From an uncultured bacterium (lineage in GTDB: Bacteria; Zixibacteria; MSB-5A5; CAIYYT01), in the NCBI GenBank assembly GCA_963726455.1, contig CAVSCK010000004.1, positions 608,001-672,000 on the forward strand: a stretch of 64,000 nucleotides of DNA, given 5' to 3'. The first letter of the stretch is position 1. Each line of letters begins with the position of its first letter. Below, piece after piece: positions 10,644-20,522 of this stretch. Position numbers and translations under genes: made by a program. The notes below the pieces were generated by a model. The model did not search any database. It was not told the DNA's origin and saw only the letters and a program-made list of their open reading frames with translations.

Positions 10644-12827
10644 ATGGAAAAATTCGAATTAGAAATTGGCGGTCGGATCCTCTCAATCGAGGTCGGTCGG
10701 GTCGCTAAGCAAGCAAGCGGAGCATGCTGGGTACGCTATGGCGACACCATCAGCATGACTGCCGTTTGCGGCGCCGACAAACCTGATTTTAACAAGGGAT
10801 TCTTCCCGCTCTCGGTCGACTACCGTGAGAAGACTTATGCTGCCGGCAAGATACCGGGCGGCTTTTTCAAGCGCGAAGGACGACCCAGCGAGAAGGAAAT
10901 TCTCTCTGCCCGTTTAATCGACCGGCCACTCCGTCCGTTGTTCCCGGAAGGGTACATGAACGAAGTGCAGGTCATGGTAACCACGCTGTCGTCCGATCAG
11001 GAAAACGACGCCGATGTTCTCGGTATTATCGGCGCGTCTACCGCGATCCAAATTTCGACGATACCGTTCACCAGTTATGTCGCGGCCGTGCGTGTCGGGA
11101 TGATCAACGGCGAATTCGTCGTCAATCCGACGTTCACACAACTGGAGGAATCGACCCTAAATCTCGTTATCGCCGCCACACCGGACCATATCACGATGGT
11201 CGAGGGTGGCTGTAATGAAATCAGTGAAGAAGACCTCATCAAAGCGCTGTCATTCGGTCATGAACAAATCCGCAAGATTTGTGACTTGATCAAACAGGTG
11301 CGCGACAAGGTTGGCAAAGAAAAAGCGCCGGTCATTCTGGCGGAAATTCCGAAGGATCTCAAGGCGCGCGTGGAGAAGCTCGCCAAGCAGCGCATTATCG
11401 ATTCGCACGAGATCGTTGATAAACAGGGGCACTCGGATGCTGTCAAGAAGATCGCCGAGGAGACTCAAACGGCTTTGGCCGAGGAATTCCCCGAGTGCGA
11501 GACGTTTATCAAACAGTATCTCGAAGAGCACGAGTCCGCTGATTTACGGCGTCGCATTCTCGACAACTCCAAACGCGTCGACGGCCGCGGGCCCGATGTA
11601 ATTCGCCCGGTCACCTGCGAGGTTGGAGTGCTGCCGCGCACGCATGGTTCAGCGTTGTTTACGCGCGGCCAGACGCAGGCGCTGGTGGTGGCCACGCTTG
11701 GCACCAAGCTGGACGAGCAGATCATCGACGCTTTGGAAGGCGAGTCGACCAAGAGCTACATGCTGCACTACAATTTCCCACCGTTTGCGACCGGCGAAGT
11801 GAAGCCGGTACGCGGGCCGGGACGCCGCGAAATCGGTCACGGCGCATTGGCGGAGCGCTCTTTGCAGGCGGTATTGCCGGCGGAGGGTACTTTCCCATAT
11901 ACGATCCGTTTGGTTTCCGACATTCTCGAATCCAACGGTTCCTCGTCGATGGCGACCGTATGCGGTGGCGCGCTGGCATTAATGGATGCCGGAGTGCCGA
12001 TCAAGTCGCCGGTGGCGGGAATTGCGATGGGACTGATTCTCGAAGGCAGCCGTTACAGTATTCTCACCGATATTCTCGGCTCCGAGGATCATTTCGGCGA
12101 TATGGACTTCAAAGTTGCCGGCACGCGCGAAGGTATCACGGCGTTCCAGCTTGATATCAAGATCGGCGGCCTGACGCTGGAGATCATGCGCGACGCGCTC
12201 GAACGCGCGCGCCAGGCACGGTTGAAATTGCTCGACATCATGACTCAGACAATTGCCGAGCCGCGCAATGACATATCTGTTTATGCACCGCGTATTATTA
12301 CCATCAAGATCAATCCGCAGCGTATCGGTGAAGTCATCGGCCCAGGCGGCAAGATGATTCGTTCGATCATCGAGCAGACCGGCGCCAAGATTGATATCGA
12401 AGATGACGGGACAGTTCAAATCGCTTCCGTGGAAGCTGAAGGCGGCCTCAAGGCGCGGGATATCATCCTGGCGATGATCGAAGAGCCGGAGGTCAACAAG
12501 GTGTACCAGGGCAAGGTGAAACGCATTGCCGAGTTCGGCGCTTTTGTCGAGATCATTCCCAACACCGACGGCTTGCTGCATGTCTCCGAAATCGCGCATC
12601 ATCGCGTGGAGCGTGTGGAAGACGAACTCGCTGTGGGCGACATCGTCGAAGTAAAAGTGCTGGCGGTTGAGCCCGACGGCAGGATCCGTTTGTCCCGCAA
12701 GGCGCTGACTCCACGGCCGGAAGGCATGGAGCCGGAACGCGAACGCCCCAGCCGTCCCGGCGGAGGCGGCGGTCCACGGCGCGGCGGTGACGGTCGAGGT
12801 TTCGATCGCAAGGGGGGGCGTCATTAA
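10644..12827 (+). CDS. pnp: Polyribonucleotide nucleotidyltransferase (PNPase)
   Basis: Two RNase PH domains (GFFKREGRP, ESNGSSSMA), KH, S1 and a Gly/Arg-rich tail. Confidence 0.98.
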   Translation: MEKFELEIGGRILSIEVGRVAKQASGACWVRYGDTISMTAVCGADKPDFNKGFFPLSVDYREKTYAAGKIPGGFFKREGRPSEKEILSARLIDRPLRPLFPEGYMNEVQVMVTTLSSDQENDADVLGIIGASTAIQISTIPFTSYVAAVRVGMINGEFVVNPTFTQLEESTLNLVIAATPDHITMVEGGCNEISEEDLIKALSFGHEQIRKICDLIKQVRDKVGKEKAPVILAEIPKDLKARVEKLAKQRIIDSHEIVDKQGHSDAVKKIAEETQTALAEEFPECETFIKQYLEEHESADLRRRILDNSKRVDGRGPDVIRPVTCEVGVLPRTHGSALFTRGQTQALVVATLGTKLDEQIIDALEGESTKSYMLHYNFPPFATGEVKPVRGPGRREIGHGALAERSLQAVLPAEGTFPYTIRLVSDILESNGSSSMATVCGGALALMDAGVPIKSPVAGIAMGLILEGSRYSILTDILGSEDHFGDMDFKVAGTREGITAFQLDIKIGGLTLEIMRDALERARQARLKLLDIMTQTIAEPRNDISVYAPRIITIKINPQRIGEVIGPGGKMIRSIIEQTGAKIDIEDDGTVQIASVEAEGGLKARDIILAMIEEPEVNKVYQGKVKRIAEFGAFVEIIPNTDGLLHVSEIAHHRVERVEDELAVGDIVEVKVLAVEPDGRIRLSRKALTPRPEGMEPERERPSRPGGGGGPRRGGDGRGFDRKGGRH

Positions 12828-14102
12828 TTGACGAAAACATTTCGACGCACGGTCCTCGATAACGGATTGCGCGTCGTGAGTGAACAGATGCCGAACGTGA
12901 AATCAGTCTCGGTCGGCATCTGGATAGATGTTGGCAGCCGTAATGAGACTCCCAAGGAGAACGGCTGCTCTCATTTTATCGAGCATATGTGTTTCAAAGG
13001 GACGCGCCGGCGCAACGCCAAAGAGATTGCTCAAACGCTGGAAAATCTCGGCGGCACGCTGAACGCGTTTACGACGCGCGAAAACACCTGCTTTTACGCG
13101 CGCGTTCTGGATGAGCATTTCGAGATCGGTTTCGATGTTCTGGCAGACATCACCACGCAGTCCGTGTTTGATCCTGTCGAATTCAAGAAAGAGAAAGATG
13201 TAATCTGCGAGGAAATCAAGGACGTCTACGACACGCCGAGCGATGTCGTACATGACTACTTTGCCGAAGCGATCTGGGATTCGCATCCACTTGGCCAGCC
13301 GATTATGGGAAATGCCAAAGGTATCAAGGCGATGGAGCGCCGCGATGTCCTTGAATTCGTGCGGCGGCACTATACAACCGACAGCATTGTGCTGGCGGCG
13401 GCAGGAGCGGTTGACCACGACCATCTGGTGGAACTTGCGCAAAAGCAATTGTCGTTTCCCAAACCCGGTGCCGGCCGGAAGGTGAAACCGCCGGCATACA
13501 AGCCGGGCGGACTGACGATCAAACGCCGCAAGCTGACGCAGACGCACATTTGCATCGGCTTTCCCAGTATCGACTTTGCCCATCCGAAGAAGTATCACGC
13601 GCTGTTGCTCAATACTCTGCTGGGCGCGGGTATGGGATCGCGTCTGTTCCAGAGCGTGCGCGAGGAACGCGGTCTCGTTTACACGATCTATTCGTATCAG
13701 GACTTCTATCATGACACGGGCATTTTCGGACTATACCTCGGTTGCGATTCCAAGAAGACAGTTGAGGCCGTTGGTCTGGCGCTCAAGGAGCTCGCGGCCG
13801 TCAAGGTGGATTCGGTTACTGAAGAAGAGGTCGCAATGGCCAAGTCGCAACTTAAGGGCAGTCTGATTCTTTCGCTGGAAGGATCATACAATCGCATGAA
13901 TCGGCTGGGACGCTTCGAATTGTTTCGGCAGCCGCTGGTCACACTCGATCAAACCGCCGCTGAGATTGATGCAGTCACGCTCGAGGATGTGCGCACGGTC
14001 GCCCGCGAAATTCTGCGCGGGGATTACATGACGATTGTGGCGATGGGTCCGATCAGCGGCAGAGCCCTCAAGCAAATCGACTGGTCGGTACTTAAAGATT
14101 GA
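12828..14102 (+). CDS. M16B (pitrilysin-family) zinc peptidase
   Basis: HFIEH inverted zinc motif, LNAFT, SRLFQSVREERGL; usual position after pnp. Confidence 0.93.
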   Translation: MTKTFRRTVLDNGLRVVSEQMPNVKSVSVGIWIDVGSRNETPKENGCSHFIEHMCFKGTRRRNAKEIAQTLENLGGTLNAFTTRENTCFYARVLDEHFEIGFDVLADITTQSVFDPVEFKKEKDVICEEIKDVYDTPSDVVHDYFAEAIWDSHPLGQPIMGNAKGIKAMERRDVLEFVRRHYTTDSIVLAAAGAVDHDHLVELAQKQLSFPKPGAGRKVKPPAYKPGGLTIKRRKLTQTHICIGFPSIDFAHPKKYHALLLNTLLGAGMGSRLFQSVREERGLVYTIYSYQDFYHDTGIFGLYLGCDSKKTVEAVGLALKELAAVKVDSVTEEEVAMAKSQLKGSLILSLEGSYNRMNRLGRFELFRQPLVTLDQTAAEIDAVTLEDVRTVAREILRGDYMTIVAMGPISGRALKQIDWSVLKD

Positions 14103-14933
14103 TGATTATCGTTTGGTGTATAGCCGGCCTGGTCCTGCTGCTTCTCGTGATCTCACCTTTCCTTCGCAATCGTCTTAATGCCGGACCGCACCTGCTCGCA
14201 TTACACAGTATCCAACCGCGAGCGCTGGATTTCAGTTCAATCTCCCTCGATTCGTTTAATACTGTCCTTCAGAAATGCGCGGAGCGCGGACTCAAGTTCG
14301 GCACCATCGCGCAAGCGATCTGCCGACGATAGCTGCGTGGCGCTGACGTTCGACGACGGTTATGACGATCTCATGCAACTCCTGGCGGTAATTTCACAGC
14401 GGGGAATACCGATCACGGTTTTCGTGCCGACGGCATTCATCGGCAAATCGAATTCCTGGGATAATTTCCTGAATCGTAACCAGCGGCGTCATTTGTCTGA
14501 AACACAAATCAAGCAACTGGCGGCCGCCGGAGTCGAATTTGGCTCGCACACTCATTCGCACTGTGACCTGTCGAGATTGAGCGATGCTGCCATCGAACAT
14601 GAATTGCGCGAATCAAAGCGCATACTGGAATCATTGACCGACAGGGAAGTACGCTATATCGGATATCCCTTTGGTCGCTGCGATAATCGGGTTGTCGCAA
14701 TCGCCAAGAAGTTGGGATATCGGAATGGATTTTGGTCGGCGCCGCACAAGTCCGACGGCTTCAACTTCGGACGAACAGCGCTCAATCGATTCGATTCGCC
14801 GATTACGATCAGGGCCAAACTCTGGCCGGGACTGCTGTCCGGCGCCGAGTATCTCAAATGCCTGGTCATCAATCGCTTTTCACACCTCACGCCTTTGGTG
14901 GCGCGGTTCAGTTCACGCTCCGACAGCCGATAA
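14099..14933 (+). CDS. Polysaccharide deacetylase (NodB homology) with N-terminal membrane anchor; split by one extra base near 14321
   Basis: ORF 14099-14332 gives TM plus ALH..I motif; the +1 frame continues ALTFDDG, GSHTHSH, YPFG. Joining reads ...AQAI-ADDSCVALTFDDG. Confidence 0.8.
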
Positions 14934-15017
14934 TCAGACTAAGCGAAAAAAAACTTGCGCAGGGGCTGAATTGTTCTATTTTCCGCAGTAATTTTCAAAG
15001 GTGAAAGTCAGAGCCAT

Positions 15018-16312
15018 ATGACGACATGCTATATCGAAGACATCGCCAACCACATCGGCGAAGAAGTCACACTCAAGGGCTGGGTTTACAATACACGTTC
15101 GTCCGGCAAGGTTCGATTCATCATCTTCCGTGATGGCACCGGCATGATCCAGGCCGTGCTGGCGAAAGGCGAAACTCCGGAAGAGGACTTCGCCAAATTC
15201 GAACAGCTCACTCAGGAAACGTCGATCATGATCACCGGTCCGGTGAAAGAAGAACCGCGCGCCGAGGGCGGTTTCGAGATGATGGTGAAGAAACTGGAAG
15301 TCGTGCAGGTAGCGGAGAATTATCCGATCTCACCGAAAGAGCACACGACCGGATTTCTGATGGCGAATCGTCATCTCTGGCTTCGTTCGCGAGACAATAT
15401 CATATTCTCCGCGTCCGCAATGAGATCATTCAGGCCATTCGCCAGTTCTTCTACGAGCGCGGATACATCCTGATCGACACGCCCATTCTCACCGGGTCAA
15501 TCGGCGAGGGCGCATCGACACTCTTCGAGACACAGTATTTTGATCTCGGCAAAGCGTACCTGGCGCAGACCGGGCAACTGTATCTGGAAGCCGCTTGCAT
15601 GGCGCACGGAAAAGTCTACTGTTTTGGACCGACGTTCCGCGCCGAAAAATCGAAGACGCGACGGCATCTGACAGAATTCTGGATGATCGAGGCGGAAGTT
15701 GCCTACATGGAACTCGCGGGCGACATGGATCTGCAGGAAGACATGATCTGCTATATTTTGGAATGGGTGTTGGATAAATGCTCAGACCATCTGGTCGAAC
15801 TCCAGCGCGATCTTATGCCGTTGATTTCCGTCAAGAAGCCGTTCTATCGCGTCAGTTATGACGAAGCCGTGCAGAAACTGCAGGAGGCCGGTTCGCAAAT
15901 TCAGTGGGGAGCTGACCTGGGCGGCGAAGACGAGACGATCCTGACGAAGATGTACGACCGTCCGATTTTTGTGTACAACTATCCGCGCGATGCCAAAGCG
16001 TTCTATATGAAACGCAATCCGGATAATCCCAAGACCGTGCTATGCGCCGATCTGCTGGCGCCGGAGGGTTACGGAGAAATCATCGGCGGTTCGCAACGCG
16101 AAGATAATTATGATTACCTGGTCGAAGCGATCAAGCGGCACAATCTGCCGCTGGAACCTTTCGGCTGGTACTTGGATTTACGTAAGTATGGTTCGGTGCC
16201 GCATTCCGGTTTCGGGCTCGGCATCGAACGTACCGTGGCGTGGATTTGCGGCCTGCCGCACGTGCGCGAGACCATTCCGTTTGCGCGCATGTTATATCGC
16301 CTTTACCCTTGA
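15018..16312 (+). CDS. asnS: Asparaginyl-tRNA synthetase; split by one missing base near 15390
   Basis: OB-fold N-terminus to RHLWLRS, then the -1 frame reads [13 protein letters not shown]...YLAQTGQLY...[15 protein letters not shown]...GFGLGIER. Confidence 0.92.
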
Positions 16313-16330
16313 TGTGATTGTGACAATAGG

Positions 16331-16375
16331 CAATCGCGGGGGTGTTCGGGTGGATGTCCCCGCGTTGTTATTTTA
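16331..16375 (+). terminator. GC-rich hairpin with T tract between asnS and leuS
   Basis: CGCGGGG...CCCCGCG stem extended by G-U pairs, followed by TTGTTATTTT. Confidence 0.5.
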
Positions 16376-16392
16376 GCAAGAGATGATTTGAT

Positions 16393-18906
16393 ATGTCGAC
16401 TGAACGTGAAGCTCATGCGGATGTAAGAGCGGGATATGATTTCGCCCGCATCGATAAGAAGTGGCAGCAGAAGTGGGAGGAGACCAAACTCTTTCACACC
16501 AGTGAACATCCCAGGGACAAATATTATGTCCTGGTCATGTTTGCCTATCCCTCCGGTGACATTCACATGGGACACTTCCGCAATTACACCATCGGCGATG
16601 CGGTCGCGCATTACCAGATGATGAACGGCAAGGACATTTTCCATCCGTTCGGCTGGGACGCGTTTGGGCTGCCTGCGGAACAGGCCGCAATCAAAGGCGG
16701 CAAGCATCCGCGTGACTGGACGCTGAACAATATCAGTGTTTCGCGTGCGACACTCAAGAAAGTCGGTATCTCTTTCGACTGGGATCGCGAAGTCATCTCC
16801 TGTCTGCCGGACTATTACCGCTGGAACCAATGGCTGTTCCTGCAGATGTTCGAACGCGGGCTGGCGTATCGCAAGGAATCACTCGTTAATTTCTGTTATA
16901 CTTGCAACACCGTGCTTGCCAATGAGCAGGTTGAAACGGACGGCACCTGCTGGCGCTGTCACAATCCTGTCGGCAAGAAGCGGCTGAATCAATGGTATTT
17001 CCGCATCACCGATTACGCCGAGCGGCTGCTGGAAGGCCTGGACCGCCTCGATGGCTGGTCCGACCGCGTCAAGACGATGCAGCGAAACTGGATCGGCAAG
17101 TCAATCGGCTGTGAAATCGTCTTCAAGCTGGAGAATTCTTCGGTGGAGATTCCAGTGTTCACCACCCGCCCCGATACCATATTCGGGGTGACCTTCATGG
17201 CGATCGCGCCCGAAGCTGAACTGGTGACGAAACTGAATATTCCGGCTGATCGCAAGAAGACAGTCGAGGAATACATCGCCAAGTCGATTGCCAAATCGGA
17301 AATCGAACGCCAGGCCGAGACCGGCGAGAAAGACGGCGTCTTCACGGGACTGCATGCCATCAATCCGCTCAACGGGGAGCGAGTTCAACTGTGGATAGGG
17401 GACTATGTTCTTGCGTCGTACGGCACCGGCGTCGTTATGGGTGTGCCGGCGCACGATTCCCGCGACTTCGTCTTTGCGCATAAGTATAGCATTCCGATTC
17501 GCGTCGTTATCAAGCCGCAGGGACAGCCCGAGCCCAAGACACCCGACGCCATGACTGAGGCCTATGTTGATCTCGGAGAAATGTGTAATTCGGGCGAGTT
17601 CAACGGCAAGGTCGGCGAGGAAGCTATCGAGGCCGTGGTGCAATATGTCGAGTCGAAGAAGATCGGCCGCAAGAAGATCAATTTCAAACTGCGCGACTGG
17701 CTGCTCTCACGCCAGCGCTACTGGGGGACACCGATTCCGATCGTACATTGCCCCGACCACGGCGAAGTGGCGGTGCCGTACGATCAACTGCCGCTGGAAC
17801 TGCCGACCGAGGGGGTCGATTATATTCCCAAGGGACGTTCGCCGCTCGAAGATGTCCCGGAGTGGATCAACACGACCTGTCCCAAATGCGGTAAGCCGGC
17901 CAGGCGCGATGCCGATACTATGGATACATTTGTCGACTCTTCGTGGTATATGCTTCGCTACACTGATAACCGCAATGACAAGGCCATCTTTGACGCGGCC
18001 AAGGCCAATACCTGGATGCCTGTCGACCTGTATATCGGCGGCATCGAGCACGCTACCGGCCATCTGATCTATTTTCGCTTTTTCACCAAATTTCTGCACG
18101 ATATCGGTTATCTGACCGCCGATGAGCCGGCCCTGAAGCTGTTCAATCACGGCATGGTTATGGATGCCAAGGGCGTGATCATGTCCAAATCGCTTGGCAA
18201 TGTTGTCAGCCCGATGGAACTGATCGAAACCCGCGGTGTCGACACTTGCCGGCTGGCGATGTTCTTTGCAGCGCCATCGGATCGAGAAATTCCGTGGTCC
18301 AATGAAGGACTTACCGGCGTTGAACGCTTCCTGGCCAAATTCTACCGGACGATCGAGCAGGTGGCCGCGGGAGGCGGGAAAATCGATCTCCAGCATAGAT
18401 TCGCCACGACCGAGCTGTCGGGAGCTGCCAAAGAGACATACATTCTGCTCAATCAGACGATCAAGAAGGTCTCCGATGATATGAGCCGCATGCAGTTCAA
18501 TACCTGCATCGCAGCCATCATGGAATTTTTCGGGAAATTCGAGTCGGCAGGCGCGCTGGATCCGAGCTTCAACCGTTACATCATATCCAAGATGGTGCAA
18601 CTGATCGCGCCACTGGCGCCGCATTTTGCCGAAGAGGCCTGGGAGATGCTGGGCAACTCGACGTCAGTCTTTAAGTCCGCCTGGCCGCAAGCCGACCGCG
18701 ACGCGATACAGTTCAGCACGGTAACCGTGGTCGTCCAGGTGAACGGCAAGGTTCGCTGCGAACTGGAGATTGCGCGCGGAGCCGACGAAGCCACTGTAAG
18801 AGAGCTGGCGCTGGCAAACGACAAGGTGACGAAGTATATCGAGGGCAAGCAGATCGCCAAGCTGATTTACGTCAAGGACAAGCTCATAAGCATAGCCGTA
18901 AAGTGA
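16393..18906 (+). CDS. leuS: Leucyl-tRNA synthetase
   Basis: HMGH (HIGH), MSKS (KMSKS), FTTRPDT editing domain, C-terminal VVQVNGKVR. Confidence 0.98.
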   Translation: MSTEREAHADVRAGYDFARIDKKWQQKWEETKLFHTSEHPRDKYYVLVMFAYPSGDIHMGHFRNYTIGDAVAHYQMMNGKDIFHPFGWDAFGLPAEQAAIKGGKHPRDWTLNNISVSRATLKKVGISFDWDREVISCLPDYYRWNQWLFLQMFERGLAYRKESLVNFCYTCNTVLANEQVETDGTCWRCHNPVGKKRLNQWYFRITDYAERLLEGLDRLDGWSDRVKTMQRNWIGKSIGCEIVFKLENSSVEIPVFTTRPDTIFGVTFMAIAPEAELVTKLNIPADRKKTVEEYIAKSIAKSEIERQAETGEKDGVFTGLHAINPLNGERVQLWIGDYVLASYGTGVVMGVPAHDSRDFVFAHKYSIPIRVVIKPQGQPEPKTPDAMTEAYVDLGEMCNSGEFNGKVGEEAIEAVVQYVESKKIGRKKINFKLRDWLLSRQRYWGTPIPIVHCPDHGEVAVPYDQLPLELPTEGVDYIPKGRSPLEDVPEWINTTCPKCGKPARRDADTMDTFVDSSWYMLRYTDNRNDKAIFDAAKANTWMPVDLYIGGIEHATGHLIYFRFFTKFLHDIGYLTADEPALKLFNHGMVMDAKGVIMSKSLGNVVSPMELIETRGVDTCRLAMFFAAPSDREIPWSNEGLTGVERFLAKFYRTIEQVAAGGGKIDLQHRFATTELSGAAKETYILLNQTIKKVSDDMSRMQFNTCIAAIMEFFGKFESAGALDPSFNRYIISKMVQLIAPLAPHFAEEAWEMLGNSTSVFKSAWPQADRDAIQFSTVTVVVQVNGKVRCELEIARGADEATVRELALANDKVTKYIEGKQIAKLIYVKDKLISIAVK

Positions 18907-19273
18907 TCTAGGCAGTCGGTAGGGGCGGTTGTAACGACCGGTGCCCGCCAAACTGCTAGTAGTCTATTCCGCATCTTTATATAATATATCTTATCAGACG
19001 TTATCTGGTGAACGGGGAAGCAGCTCGGGCGCCGGCTCGCCACTCGATTATTTGCCCCCTGCTGACGTTGTGACCGGCGACGGTTGATTTGGCGAACGCT
19101 CCAGCTCGTCTCCACTGGACATATAATTGAGATCAGGCAACCAACAAGCTATGGGAGCATTCCCATACTTTGAAAATTCACACGCTTGCCATACAGGAAC
19201 TATCACTTTATGCGACGCGCCTAAGCACCACAACTACAATGGTTTCGCCAGCGTCAACTCTAGTATAGCCGGA

Positions 19274-19288
19274 TGGCTTGCTTGTTGC
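19274..19288 (+). promoter_or_regulatory. Putative sigma54 -24/-12 promoter of the minor-pilin operon
   Basis: TGGCTTGCTTGTTGC (TGGC-N7-TTGC), 37 nt before ATG 19326. Confidence 0.6.
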
Positions 19289-19325
19289 TTTGAATATGCC
19301 GGAATTGGAACGTGTGAGGTTTATA

Positions 19326-19685
19326 ATGAAGTTAAAGAAGTCAGACGGCTTTACCCTACTTGAGGTTATGATCGGGCTGATAATTTTCAGTCTCGGAATG
19401 CTGCTGCTCGGATCGCTGACCGTGGTGGCGTTGCGCGGGAACACCTGGTCGAACAAGACGACCCAGGTGGTTCAGTTGATGCGCGACAAGATCGAGGATT
19501 TCCGTGACGCCGATGTGGCTGATATGGCCAACGGTAGTGACGCGGTTAACGGCCTGAACCGGCAGTGGACGTTTGAGGATATCACTACGAACCTCAAGAA
19601 GATTACTGTCGTGGTAAGCTGGGAAGACCGGCAGGCCATCGCACGCAGGTGCAGCACGGTAACCTACATATCGGCTGGGAGTTAG
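19326..19685 (+). CDS. Type IV minor pilin, PilV-like
   Basis: Class III signal MKLKKSDG|FTLLEVMIGLIIF with Glu+5; short C-terminal VVVSW. Confidence 0.85.
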   Translation: MKLKKSDGFTLLEVMIGLIIFSLGMLLLGSLTVVALRGNTWSNKTTQVVQLMRDKIEDFRDADVADMANGSDAVNGLNRQWTFEDITTNLKKITVVVSWEDRQAIARRCSTVTYISAGS

Positions 19686-19686
19686 T

Positions 19687-20505
19687 ATGGGTAAACTGAA
19701 GGTAATTATGAAGGGCATCGGCGGCTTCACGCTCATAGAAGTGCTGATTGCCGCGCTGATAGGCAGCATTGCCGTGACAGCCGGCTTCAAACTCTTTGTG
19801 GACCAGAACAAGAGCCACATTATACAGTCGAACATATCCGACATGCAGCAGAACGGCCGTTCCGCAATTGATGAGTTGGTTGACATGATCCGCCAGGCGG
19901 GATATAAGCTCCCCCCAGGTGTTCCCTGCATCCAAAGCTGGGACTCTAATCCTGACACAATTGCCATTACGTTCATGGCTGAGCCGATTTGTTCTGCGCG
20001 ACTGAGCGATCCGATGCCACAGCCGTCGGCAGAACTGAAATGTCTCAACAGCGATCTCACCGTATTTCGCGAAAACACTTGGGCATATATTTACGATCCG
20101 GCAACACAAACGGGTGAATTCTTCTTCATCACTGCGGTTCAGACAGCTTCTTTTCACATTCAGCACAATCTTGCCCAGCTGTCCAAGAGTTATCCTGCGA
20201 ACTCGCAGGTGTTCATGTTGGATTTCTACAAGTTCTACGTCGACAACACGGACACCGTTCATTCGCCATTCATGATGATGAAGAACGGTGATCCTCCGGT
20301 AATTTACTCTGACAATATTGACGACCTGCAATTTCGGTATGTCGCAGCCAACGGTACAGTGGCGGACACGGTTGCATGGGACCGGATGATACGTGAGGTG
20401 CAAGTGCAACTGGTCGCACGTACCGAAAAGAGTGACTTGTTCCTGCACGACTATCGGCGCGACACACTGACCACCCGGGTTATGGTTCGTAATCTCGGGA
20501 TGTAA
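19687..20505 (+). CDS. Type IV minor pilin, PilW-like
   Basis: G|FTLIEVLIA; MQQNGRSAIDEL..MIRQAGY; NIDDLQFRY; C-terminal VMVRNL. Confidence 0.85.
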   Translation: MGKLKVIMKGIGGFTLIEVLIAALIGSIAVTAGFKLFVDQNKSHIIQSNISDMQQNGRSAIDELVDMIRQAGYKLPPGVPCIQSWDSNPDTIAITFMAEPICSARLSDPMPQPSAELKCLNSDLTVFRENTWAYIYDPATQTGEFFFITAVQTASFHIQHNLAQLSKSYPANSQVFMLDFYKFYVDNTDTVHSPFMMMKNGDPPVIYSDNIDDLQFRYVAANGTVADTVAWDRMIREVQVQLVARTEKSDLFLHDYRRDTLTTRVMVRNLGM

Positions 20506-20522
20506 GTAAAGTGAGGTTTGAG

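Noticed and set aside
15380-15400. Programmed frameshift in asnS
   Set aside because: No slippery heptamer or stimulatory structure, and similar isolated indels occur in unrelated genes.
18917-18950. GTAG-type REP-like hairpin after leuS
   Set aside because: Imperfect stem and no convincing second copy in the window; may be a weak terminator.
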